From Octopus sinensis (lineage: Eukaryota), in the NCBI RefSeq assembly GCF_006345805.1, contig NW_021825291.1:1-16034 (forward strand): DNA of 16,034 nucleotides, in the 5' to 3' direction. Positions 1 through 9,677 of this stretch are shown here, piece by piece. The position numbers and the translations under genes were made by a program. Each line of letters starts with the position of its first letter. The stretch's first letter is position 1. The notes below the pieces were generated by a model. That model was not told the DNA's origin and did no database searches. It saw only the letters and a list, made by a program, of their open reading frames with translations.

Positions 1-229
1 GTGAGCGCATGTGTGTGTGTGCATGTTTGTGTGTCTGTGTTTATCCCTGAACATCACTCGACAACCGATGCTGGTGTGTTTATGTCCCCGTAACCTAGCT
101 ATTCGGCAAAAGAGACTGATAGAAGAAGTACTAAGCTTCCAAAGAATAAGTCTTGGTGTTGATTTGCTGAACTAAAAGGCAGTGCTCCAGCATTGCCACA
201 GTCAAATGACTGAAATGTGTAAAAGAGTA
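1..229 (+). mobile_element. Family A SINE, 3' half (5' half outside the window)
   Basis: (GT)n linker followed by gacaaccgatgctggtgtgtttatgtcccc...cagtcaaatgactgaaatgtgtaaaagagta; near-identical to 10852-11019 and to the reverse complement of 13421-13600. Confidence 0.9.
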
Positions 230-253
230 CTGTAGTGTCACATAGACAATGCC

Positions 254-342
254 TCAGAGTAAGATCGAATAGCGAATGTCTCTGTTCACAAGTTTGTCTA
301 ATTTGGGCTGACCCGAGGCTGAACAATAACCAACAGCCATTT
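254..342 (-). CDS. Probable last coding exon of unidentified minus-strand gene: (E)MAVGYCSASGQPKLDKLVNRDIRYSILL*
   Basis: Acceptor gtttcttatag at 343; the phase-1 start matches the upstream exon across a 77-bp GT..AG intron (419-343); TGA at 256-254. Confidence 0.7.
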
Positions 343-419
343 CTATAAGAAACATTCTTGGTAATAATAATTAAATATATAATTTTAAGAAACAGAGACA
401 TAAGATTTATTTGAAATAC

Positions 420-528
420 CTTGGTCAATTGGTAAACTCCGGCGCTGCCTGGCATGAGCAGCAGCCAGTGTGTCAACTAAAAGATCTTCTTTGTCAAGAT
501 CATCAAAGGCAAACTTCAATTCTTTCAC
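420..528 (-). CDS. Coding exon: VKELKFAFDDLDKEDLLVDTLAAAHARQRRSLPIDQ
   Basis: Acceptor attcttttgttacag, donor AAG|gtattt; 109 nt; only frame 0 is open; phase 0 to 1, matching both neighbours. Confidence 0.85.
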
Positions 529-542
529 CTGTAACAAAAGAA

Positions 543-830
543 TCATCATCATTATCATCATCATTTAACATCAGTTTTCTATGCTTGTAGGGGCTGGATG
601 GTTCGATGGGGCTCAAGAACCACGGTCTGCTTTAACATGGGGTCCATGGTTGGATGCCCTTTCTAATGCAAACCACTTAAAAAAAAAGGTACAAGGTGTC
701 TTTTGTGTAGTAGTGGCACTACTGAGATTACAGAGTAACTTGTAAGACTAGACAAGACCTCTCTACAGAGGTTGGGAAGAGGCATTAAGAGAGTTGGCTT
801 TATGCCAGGTGATTGAGGGACAGGAAGAGG
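543..830 (-). mobile_element. Family C SINE, degenerate, (GAT)n tail facing the exon at 528
   Basis: (CAT)n at 543-564 then tttaacatcagttttctatgcttg and ggatgccctttcta, the reverse complement of the well-preserved copy at 14813-14949. Far boundary approximate. Confidence 0.7.
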
Positions 831-2524
831 TGTCTTGCTGTTGGGGAGATACAGTAAGACAGTTTTCTCTTTATTATAGGCATGTAACCTGAATATAGAA
901 CGGACATTACAATTACATACAAACAATACAAAATTTGGAGTACAAGTCCCCCAAGCTCGCAGTTTCATCTTACAGTTCTTTATACATTTTGTAATACAGT
1001 TTGTAATTGTTCTATTTATTTATCAGTTATATATTCAATTATGTCCTCCATCCCAATCACATTGGTCAGATTATCATAGCGAATATATATCTGACTTATT
1101 TTAATCTTTTCTTTAAATGTCTCTACTAATTTTTCCATTTTTTCTTTTTCCACTAACACCACTCTAACTCTTGGTTTGGAAGAGAAGGAGGATGGAGATG
1201 AAAATGTGTTAGAACATACCTTGACATTACAGGAAGGTGCATAAGAAGTGGCATGGGTGGGTAATTATATTAGTGAGAGCATGAGAAGCAAGTAGCAGAT
1301 GGATAGAGGGAGAGATGCAGTGAGTGGTGAATACAGGTGGAGGCAAGGTCAATCATGAATATCTTTTGGAGAGGAAGCTGGAAGAAGTAGGTATGGCTCA
1401 AGGAGATAAGAGATGGCAGTAAAATGATGGCAGTGGTGTGTGTGAGATGCACAGTGCCAGGAGAAAAGTAGTCTTTCAAACATGTAACTTGAGATCTAAT
1501 AAGGGTTACTTTTAAATAATCAAAATTTCACTAAAATCTAAAACTATGGAAGCCTTACATTATGTCCAATGAATTTAATTAACCCATCAGTTTCTGGTCA
1601 GTTCAGCAGTTTGCTTTTTTAATTATCTCGCTTCTTTTGATTGAACAAAATGCAGTAGAAAAGTACCAAGAATCTTCTTGTCACATTGACTTAGGTTTGA
1701 TATTATACACATCTCCTTTGTCATTCCTTTATTGCTGGTATGCTTTTTTGTGAAAGTCTAATAGAACCAAAACATTAGACAATGCTGTTTCCCATACTTA
1801 CTAAGATTATTAACATAATATTAGACACTGACCTAATATTGCCTTCTCCACACTTCATAAATATTTGTAATCAGATTTTTGATATTTACTGTATTAAACA
1901 TGGTTGCACTAACTTTAAAATTTTTTTTCTATGGATGGCACATCCAAAGTAATTTATTCTCTAAAATACAAACTAATTGTTCATGTGTGCAAAACTGGTG
2001 TACAATATTGCACATCTGCTTAGTCATTCTCCCATTACTATTTCACTGAAGAAACGTATCCACATGTTACCCATACTTGCCAAAATGATTAAAATAATAT
2101 TTAGTCATTGAGCCAATATTATCTTTTCCTCATCATATAATTATTTTTAATTAGGCTCCTTATGCTAATTACATGAAGTACTTTAACATTAAATTAATTA
2201 AAAGTACAACAAAAGTGAGAGTATTATAAGATCTGAGCTCGTATGATTTCAGTGTTTAATCTAAAGATATGATATAAACTCATAAATCTATATTCTGACA
2301 AGTCACTTCCTTACCCATTAAAATGTTTCCCAAAAACTGGGAAAAAATGTTGGGGATAGTGTATTAGTTGTAGATGGTACGAAGAAAAAATGTCTAAGTA
2401 AAACAATAATTTTTTTTTTTTTTTATTTAAAAAAGGTTTCTTTTTGAATAGACCTTCTATTATTACAATGGACAGGTATACTTTCTATACATCAAATTCT
2501 ACTCACAAGTTATTGGTTTATGAG

Positions 2525-2796
2525 ATGTTTTGGCACAGCTGTTTTGGTGATGCTTATTTGGCATTGCTTATTTGATGCTGACTTATTTGACATCAAACAT
2601 TTTAATGCTTCTCTTTGTTCTTTCCCTCTTTATGTGAATGAGGAGAGATAAAGTGTTCATGTCATATCATGTTCATTTAATAAATTGTAATCTCTTTCTC
2701 ATACACTTTTTCTATATGTATGTGTATATTACTCTGTGTGTGTGGGCATTTTCCTCCACTACCAAAAAGTATTGTTGCCAAAACTGACTGGATATC
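2525..2796. mobile_element. Possible decayed non-autonomous DNA transposon (MULE/MITE-like)
   Basis: About six degenerate 14-15 bp units (gttttggc/cttatttg) at the left end and an inverted motif gccaaaac at the right end; no clear TIR or TSD. Confidence 0.25.
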
Positions 2797-2830
2797 CGAT
2801 CAGCTGCACCAAATCACCTAATTCTGTTAG

Positions 2831-2956
2831 TTATTGGCAAACTTGAGGTTATGGAAGAAGACATTTACCAAAGGTGCTGCATAGACAGTAGAATTGAAAC
2901 TAAAACTATACAACTGTATAACAAGCTTCTTAACTACACAATCACGCCTGCATCCA
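2831..2956 (-). mobile_element. Family A SINE 5' half, old
   Basis: Reverse complement reads ggatgcaggcgtgattgtgtagttaagaagcttg...cacctttggtaaatgtcttcttccataacc, aligning to the head at 10607-10700. Confidence 0.65.
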
Positions 2957-3072
2957 CAACATAAAAAGTAATGTACCTTATATGTCAGACTAAAGTGTGG
3001 CGCAATGCATGTGACAAACAGATTGGTTTTAGTGCCAAAAACAAAATATACTGAGATGAATTAACAACTTAC

Positions 3073-3231
3073 CTTTATGCCATCTGTGAGTTTAATATGT
3101 GAACTATGACCCAGGTACCGGACAGTCAGTTCAGCATAGTTGCAGGAGACTTTTTCCCGAGAGCTTATTTGTAGATCATAAAATCTAAGTATGGCTTCAT
3201 AGAGCTTTTCTATAACCTTGTTAAATGTGAA
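3073..3231 (-). CDS. Coding exon: FTFNKVIEKLYEAILRFYDLQISSREKVSCNYAELTVRYLGHSSHIKLTDGIK
   Basis: Acceptor ttttgttatttccag, donor AAG|gtaagt; 159 nt = 53 codons, phase 0 to 0; lies inside track ORF 3061-3258. Confidence 0.9.
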
Positions 3232-3676
3232 CTGGAAATAACAAAATATTAGACACACAAAACTAAATATATATGCAAAAATAATAATAAAAAAAAAATG
3301 AAAAGTACTATTCCTTTTCTATTGTGGTTAATTAAGTCCAACCTATAGTTTTACAGAAAAATCATTTTGAAATACAATAAATAGATTGAATAAGAAGTTA
3401 TCACAACCAAATTATTCCAAAATACATTATTCCAATAAGATCATTTCAAGATTATGTATTTCAAAGGTGCATTTTAACATTTAAATCATTTCAAAATACA
3501 TTATTAAACACTCCAAAGTAGATGATTAGTTTGTAATTACAAAAATGCATAGTTAAATATTTCAAATTACATAATTACAAATTGGTTTCACTTTTTACAA
3601 ATGATATTCTTTGAAATGTACCCAGGTAGTTGCTTACTGCTCACCTTCATTTAATACATAGCAATGTCAAACTCTT

Positions 3677-3728
3677 CAACCCATGCCAGCAAGGAAAGTG
3701 GACAGATGATGATGATTACGATGATGAT
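3677..3728 (+). mobile_element. Family C SINE extreme 3' end with (GAT)n tail
   Basis: caacccatgccagcaaggaaagtggac + gatgatgat matches the 3' end of 14813-14949. Confidence 0.7.
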
Positions 3729-3781
3729 GTGTCTTGTGCGTGTATGTGTGCTAAGCCTGATTGTGCTTGTCTACATCATTA

Positions 3782-3813
<32 letters not shown>
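3782..3813. repeat. (CT)n(AT)n compound microsatellite
   Basis: Directly visible. Confidence 0.95.
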
Positions 3814-4739
3814 GACTACACCTGATTTTCTCCCCTCCATACACATGCAAGCATGTATCTGACTCATACACTGTTCACTTTCCAGACATTTGTACATTAT
3901 TGCATATGCTTTATACGCACTTTTGACAAGTTGTGGTGCACCTGAGCACTGTATACAATAATTTCATTATTATTTTTTATGTATATACACACACAAAGAG
4001 TACAAGATGTCTAGATAGAATTAAGTTTAAAATATTAAAAAGTGTAAAAAGGATCCTTTTTATAACAAGTAACAGATTTTGGAATCAGATTGATATTTTC
4101 ATTAAAAGCCCCCTTTCCATAACATGCAAATGCACATGACTGTGTGTGTGTGTGTGCACGTGCATGTGCACACATATATACATGTATATCTGCACATAAA
4201 CTTTTCACTGGCCACTGTGATAGAGAGGCACCAAAACAAAAGCACAAGGTCACTCTGAATAAATCCTTTCATATGGTCATACTGACCATCACCTGTGGTT
4301 TACAACAGCATCTGCTTGAAAAGTTTGTGACATGCAATTCACCAGCTTGTCTCTTCTTTCAAGAATGCACCCAGGACTATCTTTGAGAACAAGAGAAGAT
4401 TGTAGTTGAATCATAAAACAGTGGCACCAAAAACTCAGAAAACCAAAGAAGAATTTCCCTAGTAACTACTGCAGCCAGGTTGACCTGCCCCCATATTAGC
4501 CCCATCAGCTATCAGCAAACCAGCATCTAATGTGAATAGCTCCCTTCATGAATCTTCATTTGTGAAGTGAAGCTGTGAAGAAGAAGTATGTACATAATTG
4601 TGCACATGTATGTAACCAGATGAAATGAAAGAAAGACATAAATATCAATACTTTCAATAGTAGCATTAGCACTATATATATACTCCATGCTCACTGTGCT
4701 GATTACTAGCATGCAGATACAGTATCAATTTAATCAGTA

Positions 4740-4879
4740 AAAATGTGTGTACTATGTCATAAAATACATGTACTATGCCATATAAATTGTGTGTACTATG
4801 CCATAAAATGTGTGTACTATGTCATAAATTGTGTGTACTATGTCATATAAAATGTGTGTACTATGCTATATAAAATGTG
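4740..4879. repeat. Minisatellite, six units of 21-23 bp plus a partial unit, consensus AAAATGTGTGTACTATGTCAT(AT)
   Basis: Units start at 4740, 4761, 4784, 4805, 4826, 4849 and 4872 (partial); no unique spacers. Confidence 0.95.
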
Positions 4880-5374
4880 AAGAAGTATAGAGAGTACTCC
4901 ACAGTCAAAAATGACTTAATTTAGTTCTAGAGTCTCAAGTGCACATGCACAGAGCTGAGAATATTCAGTTCCCATACAGTAGGCTTAAGAGAAGCCTTTT
5001 GACAATACTGACTTGCCATCTTCAGAATAAGTGGATGTGTTTGGAGGTTGGATTATTTATTTCTTCCTTGTTTTTATTTATGGGAATCTTTGGCAAATAT
5101 ATTTCTAATAACAAATTAACATGTTTCTAATGCATTTCTGTAACAATACACTGTCCAAGTATTTCAATTAATTTTTAAAATAATTGAAAATTTGGAGGGG
5201 TTTAGTAAAATAACCAAATTTCTTTGATATTATAATGATGCTTCAAACATAACTTCATAGAGAGTTCATACATAAAATTACAATAAATTTAAATATCAAA
5301 GCTATAAAATAGATGGGTTTGTATCATAACATTCAAGTTGGGATCGAAATGGTTAAATGCACACATGCACCCAC

Positions 5375-5575
5375 CCCACCACATGTCGTATAGAAGCTCT
5401 GTTCTTTAATAGATGTAGATTTATCTCTGATCTCTGACCACTGCAGTGTGTTTCCTTTCATTTTCTTAATATCACTATTTAAGATAGCTGCAAACTGGTT
5501 GAGTCTATGTTTTTTAGTCAATAAAATATTGATTTCTAATACAGTTTCTGTTTGTAAGAAGTAATGATAAGATGT
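5375..5575 (-). CDS. Candidate additional (cassette?) exon: TSYHYFLQTETVLEINILLTKKHRLNQFAAILNSDIKKMKGNTLQWSEIRDKSTSIKEQSFYTTCGG
   Basis: 201-nt open frame, acceptor ggtatacag, donor GGG|gtgggt, phase 0 to 0. An alternative acceptor exists at 5548 (phase 1). Splice sites are weaker than for the other exons. Confidence 0.3.
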
Positions 5576-5862
5576 CTGTATACCATAGAATTTCTGAATG
5601 CATGGATTGAACTCAGAACCTCATGGTTATAAAAATAAAAATGATATACTTGGATATACACACAAATATTATCGAACATCCACTGATGGATAACCTTGTC
5701 TAAGGTCAGCTTTATAAAAACATAAAAAGGAAACATTTTCTGTTCTAAAACAAGAGGCTCTCTGATATAATGTCATCTTAGTACTTCAACCACTGCAAGT
5801 ACAGCACTCTCTAATCCTATAAACTTGTCAGGCTGGTGACATTCAGAAGCCCTGTTATGGTT

Positions 5863-5898
5863 GCATGACATGCTAGAAATAGCAGCCAAATCTCTCTC
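5863..5898 (+). repeat. Family E repeat fragment
   Basis: gctagaaatagcagccaaatctct resembles the reverse complement of agagatttagctgcttctgttagc at about 6653-6676. Confidence 0.4.
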
Positions 5899-6160
5899 TC
5901 ATCATCATTTGTCTTTGGCCTACTTTTGAATTTTTTTACATTTGCCCATGGTCCACATGTATGTTATTTATCATCATATCTTACATTATAAGAGATTATC
6001 ATATCTTATATAATAAAAATATCCCCACATATCTCTTCACCTACCATTTCCATCATTGGAGATATTTAGGTAAATAAAAATATGAAAGAAATTGTGGCAG
6101 AAAAGACTATCTAAAAAAAAAAAAGAAATCATCAATGTCCCATAAATACATTAAATTTGG

Positions 6161-6325
6161 AAATATTCACTTTTCCATGCTTGTATGGGTCAGAAGGAGT
6201 GTATTGAGGAAGATTTTCTGTGGTTAGATGCCCTTCCTGTTGGTAACTTCCACCCGTTTCCAAGTAAGGTAATATTTCCCTATGGCCAGGCATGTTTGCA
6301 CAAAATATTGGAAATGAATGACATT
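6161..6325 (-). mobile_element. Family C-related SINE 3' part
   Basis: cacttttccatgcttg...gatgcccttcctg...ttccaagtaaggtaatatttccc...tggaaatg, paralleled by 12580-12756. Confidence 0.75.
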
Positions 6326-6452
6326 CATTAGCGATATCAAGGCAATATCATTAGCGATATCAAGCGATATCAAGGCAAAGTCACACAAAATAATACACTC
6401 ACTCACACACACACATCTAATTTAAACTTCTCACATTGACTCAAGGCAATAA

Positions 6453-6710
6453 TGTTGTTGTTTAGGCCCAAGTCCACCCCTTAACAACCAAACCTGAAAT
6501 AAGATAGATTGGTTGGTCAGAAATGTTTCCACTGTTGATATCCCATCTTGTCTTATTTTCAGACATAGTATATCTAGGACTACACTGACCTAATGTGCCA
6601 TTTTTTACACACACACCAAAAGAAAGTTATGGTTCAAAAGTTATGATTCAAAAGAGATTTAGCTGCTTCTGTTAGCAAACTGAGTGATTAGATAGAAGCT
6701 CCCTCATTGA
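6453..6710 (-). mobile_element. Family E unclassified retroposon-like repeat with (AAC)n tail
   Basis: 6561-6584 matches the reverse complement of 14688-14711 at 23/24; both copies end in a cta/ctg-a(a/g)caacaac-like tail. Confidence 0.55.
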
Positions 6711-6948
6711 ATCAAAACTAGACATTTGCAGCAGAAATGTAAAGTCAATTGACGAGACCCCAAGGAATTACATAAAGATAATTACACAAGCAACTAAAAG
6801 CCAATATTCTTGAAGAGATTGAATTCAGAGACAAAAGTAATTAATTTTAGGAAGATTTCACAGAAGAATTCTTGTAAGGAGTCAATTAAAAATGTCCAGG
6901 AAAGAGTGACTGTGAGAATTTAGGAGAGTTCACAGAAGTGTTGGTTTA

Positions 6949-7235
6949 TCTTTTATTTGTTCCAGTTATTAGACTGTAACCATTCTGGAGCACTGCCATG
7001 AAGGGTTTAGTTGAACAAATTGATTGCAGTAATTGTGCCTGGTACTTATTCTATTAGTCTCTTTTGTCAAACTGCTAAGTTACAGAGACATAAACCAACA
7101 CTGATCGTCAAGTGGTGGTGTGTGTACAAACACAGCACAAACACACACAAATCTATATAACAGGCTTCTGCACAGTTTCCATCTACCAAACTACCAAATC
7201 CACTCACAAGGCATTAGTCACCTGGGGCTATAATA
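6949..7235 (-). mobile_element. Family A SINE, 3' and middle part, interrupted by mariner-1
   Basis: tcttttatttgttccagttattagactg...ctaccaaatccactcacaaggc...gctataata aligns to the reverse complement of 10607-11019. Confidence 0.85.
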
Positions 7236-8264
7236 TTAGATTGTCTGGAAAGTTCCGAGCATTTTTAAGCTAAATTTTTTAATGCTTCATTGAACACTCC
7301 TGAAACATAACACGGGTAAGATTTTGGCGTTGCTTGAAGTGGTAGCACATCACCTCTTTGTTCCTGACTAAAAATAGATTTATCTTTCATTCCGGTTACC
7401 TTTTATTGACATTTGAAATGGAGAACCAAAAATTTCATATTTGCATTGTAATGCTTTTCTTGTTTTTTTTAAAAAGGGAAAATGTTGCAAAGACTTGCAA
7501 AAACATTTGTGAAGTTTACAGTGATGATGATGCTGTAGGTGAATCAACTGTTTGAAGGTGGTTTGCGAAATTTCAAGCTGGAGAGTTTAGCTTGGAAGAT
7601 GACGGTCACAGTGGAAGACCTTCAAAATTGGAGGAAGATGCTTTGAGGCAAAAATCAAAGAAACCTCAAATATCATGACCAGAGAAGTCTAAAAGTATGG
7701 CTCATGTACACCTAGTGAAGCTAGGATACATTTCTCACTGTAATGTATGGGTCTCTCATAAACTCTCAGAAAAGAATTGCTTGCACTGGTATTCTGTTTG
7801 TGATATGCTTTTGAAATGGAATGAAACCATGCTTTTTTTGAAACTACTTGTGACTGGAAATGAAAAATGGATTGTGTATGCAAACATAGTGTGAAAAGTT
7901 TTGAAGTTTGCGTAAAGGTCCCTCAAAACAGCAGCCAAAAACAAATATCCATCCCACCAAACACAAAGCGTAGGCTTTGTGTTTGGTGGGATCATAAAGG
8001 CATTATTTATTATAAACCCATCCCACAAAACCAGACGATTAATTCTGATGTGTACTGTCATCAGCTGGCTAATTTGAACCAAAAAATCTCTAGCGAGACT
8101 ATTTTGGTGTGGCGGCATAGCACAATCATGCTTAAATTGCCCAATAGATGGACAAAGGTCGTTAATAATAAATGGAAATTTTTCATTGAATAAAATTTAT
8201 TTATTGGTCCATTTATTGGTCCATTGGTTTATTTCCCTTTTTGCTCAGAACTTTCCAGACTTAA
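7236..8264 (+). mobile_element. Mariner-1 (Tc1/mariner, mellifera-subfamily-like), internally deleted, non-autonomous
   Basis: Inverted repeats gtctggaaagttccgagca (7243-7261) and tgctcagaactttccagac (8242-8260), 18/19 match; TA on both flanks (7234-7235, 8265-8266); transposase remnants between. Confidence 0.93.
7418..8193 (+). pseudogene. Mariner transposase pseudogene (stops, frameshifts, catalytic-domain deletion)
   Basis: MENQKFH..., RWFAKF, SGRPS, WVSHKL (WVPHEL motif), LVTGNEKWIVY (first Asp changed to Asn), LCVWWDHKGIIYY, TINSDVYC, LPNRW..VV; the HDNARPH and YSPDLAPSD motifs are absent. Confidence 0.93.
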
Positions 8265-8266
8265 TA

Positions 8267-8329
8267 AATGACTCAAAACCGCATAGTTGCAAAGAGAGAT
8301 TTCTGACCACACAGCTATGTCTTCACCTA
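8267..8329 (-). mobile_element. Family A SINE head, the 5' part of the copy at 6949-7235
   Basis: Reverse complement taggtgaagacatagctgtgtggtcagaaatc...tgcggttttgagtcatt aligns with taggcacaggcgtgactgtgtggtaagaagc...gttttgggttcagt at 10607. Confidence 0.7.
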
Positions 8330-8569
8330 AAGTAATAATTCAGGAAATTTCAGAGAAGGCTTGCTCTAAGAAGAAATTAAAGAGAGTATTGTTCTTCTGT
8401 GTTGTCTACAATAAATATGTTTAATACAAGGTTTCATATTTATTGAAGCAGATAAATATTCATTTAAATTGATTTCTGAACAATTGACAGATTTGACAAA
8501 GGCTTTGTCTGATACTTTACTGGTTTTTCTGTCATCCATTGTATGTTATGTAATAATAATAATAATAAT

Positions 8570-8839
8570 CAGGAAACACCAAAATTGCAGAAATTCAAAA
8601 GATAGTGCTCATGGGAACTGCTCATATCCTACGCAAAATACTTTCTATGTAATCTCAGGTTTTAAAACAAACATAATTTTCGTATGGCTTTTTAGACATT
8701 CACTAATACAACACTAAGTATAAAACCAAATATATGGCACCCTAGGCACAACACCAACATGAACTTTCAACTTGTCTCTTGAGGTCTCTGGGTGAGACTT
8801 GGAGCCAGCTTGTGCAAATGTAAAGCAAAAATCAAACAG
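8570..8839 (+). mobile_element. 5'-truncated R4/Dong-clade non-LTR retrotransposon: ORF C-terminus plus 3' UTR
   Basis: 8572-8652 translates GNTKIAEIQKIVLMGTAHILRKILSM*, matching the (L/I)QKxxLLGTAxILRKVL C-terminal motif I recall for R4-clade elements; flanked by (TAA)n on both sides (8551-8569, 8840-8854). Confidence 0.75.
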
Positions 8840-9067
8840 AATAATAATAATAATCCTTTCTACTATAGACAAAAGACCTGAAATTTTGTGAGAGGGGGTA
8901 AATCAATACATCGACACCAATACTTAACTAGTACTTATTTCATTGACCCCGAAAGGATGAAAGGCAAAGTCAACCTTGGCAGAATTTGAACTCAGAATGA
9001 AAAGACAGATGAAAGGGCACTAAGCATTTCACCTGGTGTGCTAACAAGTCTTCCAGCTCGCTGCCTT
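8840..9067 (-). mobile_element. Family B SINE, monomer, (ATT)n tail
   Basis: Minus-strand head aaggcagcgagctgg, B-box gagttcaaattc, tail agaaaggattattatt. Confidence 0.9.
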
Positions 9068-9268
9068 AATAACAATAATAATAATCCTTTCTGTTATAGA
9101 CACAAGGCTTGAAATTTTGGGGGAGGGGAGGCAGTCAATTACATTGACTCATGTACTCAATGGGTACTTATTTTATCGACCCTGGAAAGATGAAAGGCAA
9201 AGTTAACTTAGGTGGAGTTTGACCTCAAAATGTAGAGCTAAGCATTTTGTCTGGCACCTCACCGCCTT
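9068..9268 (-). mobile_element. Family B SINE, monomer with partly deleted head
   Basis: Same body (gacc...aaagatgaaaggcaaagt) and tail; about 20-25 bp shorter in the head region. Confidence 0.85.
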
Positions 9269-9677
9269 AATAATAATAATCCTTTCTACTAAAGGCACAA
9301 GGCCTGAAATTTTAGGGGAGGAGACTAGTCGATTACATTAACCTCAGTGTTTCACTGGTACTTAATTTATCAATCCCAAAAGAATGAAAGGCAAAGTCAA
9401 ATACAGCGGAATTGAACTCAGAACGTAGCGGCAGACGAAATACCTATTTCTTTACTACCCACATGGGGCTAAACACAGAGAGGACAAACAAGGACAGACA
9501 AATGGATTAAGCCGATTACATTAACCCCAGTACATAACTGGTGCTTAATTTATCGACCCCGAAAGGATGAATGGCAAAGTCGACCTCGGTGGAATTTGAA
9601 CTCAGAACGCAGCGGCGGACGAAATACCGCAAAGCATTTCACCTGGCGCGCTAACGTTTCAGCCAGCTCGCAGCCTT
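9269..9677 (-). mobile_element. Family B SINE, dimeric form
   Basis: One complete head (A-box-like 9655-9665, B-box 9591-9603), one (ATT)n tail, and an internal direct repeat of about 116 bp (9328-9443 vs 9511-9627). Confidence 0.8.

Noticed and set aside
435-452. RQRR|S as a furin cleavage site
   Set aside because: No signal peptide or other evidence of secretion is visible; the motif is short and common.
1160-1480. Purine-rich stretch as an RTE LINE C-terminal relic (KWHGWV..., DKRWQ)
   Set aside because: Similarity is too weak and interrupted to support without an HMM search.
1620-1757. Minus-strand open frame TFTKKHTSNKGM...KEAR* after a good acceptor
   Set aside because: No in-phase donor before the stop; at best an alternative last exon, with no further support.
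1833-1960. Minus-strand exon with good AG and gtcagt sites
   Set aside because: Stops in all three frames.
4364-4585. Plus-strand exon (acceptor ctcttctttcaag, donor GAA|gtatgt)
   Set aside because: All three frames contain stops; there is no partner exon I can support.
4740-4879. CRISPR-like regular repeats
   Set aside because: Units are directly tandem with no unique spacers, there are no cas genes and the context is eukaryotic.
6045-6110. Minus-strand phase 1 to 1 mini-exon (SLFCHNFFHIFIYLNISNDGN)
   Set aside because: Splice sites look good, but the composition is intron-like and the phase does not fit the supported chain.
9540-9600. Hammerhead ribozyme in the family B body (gaaa-looped hairpin)
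   Set aside because: The CUGANGA core is absent on both strands.
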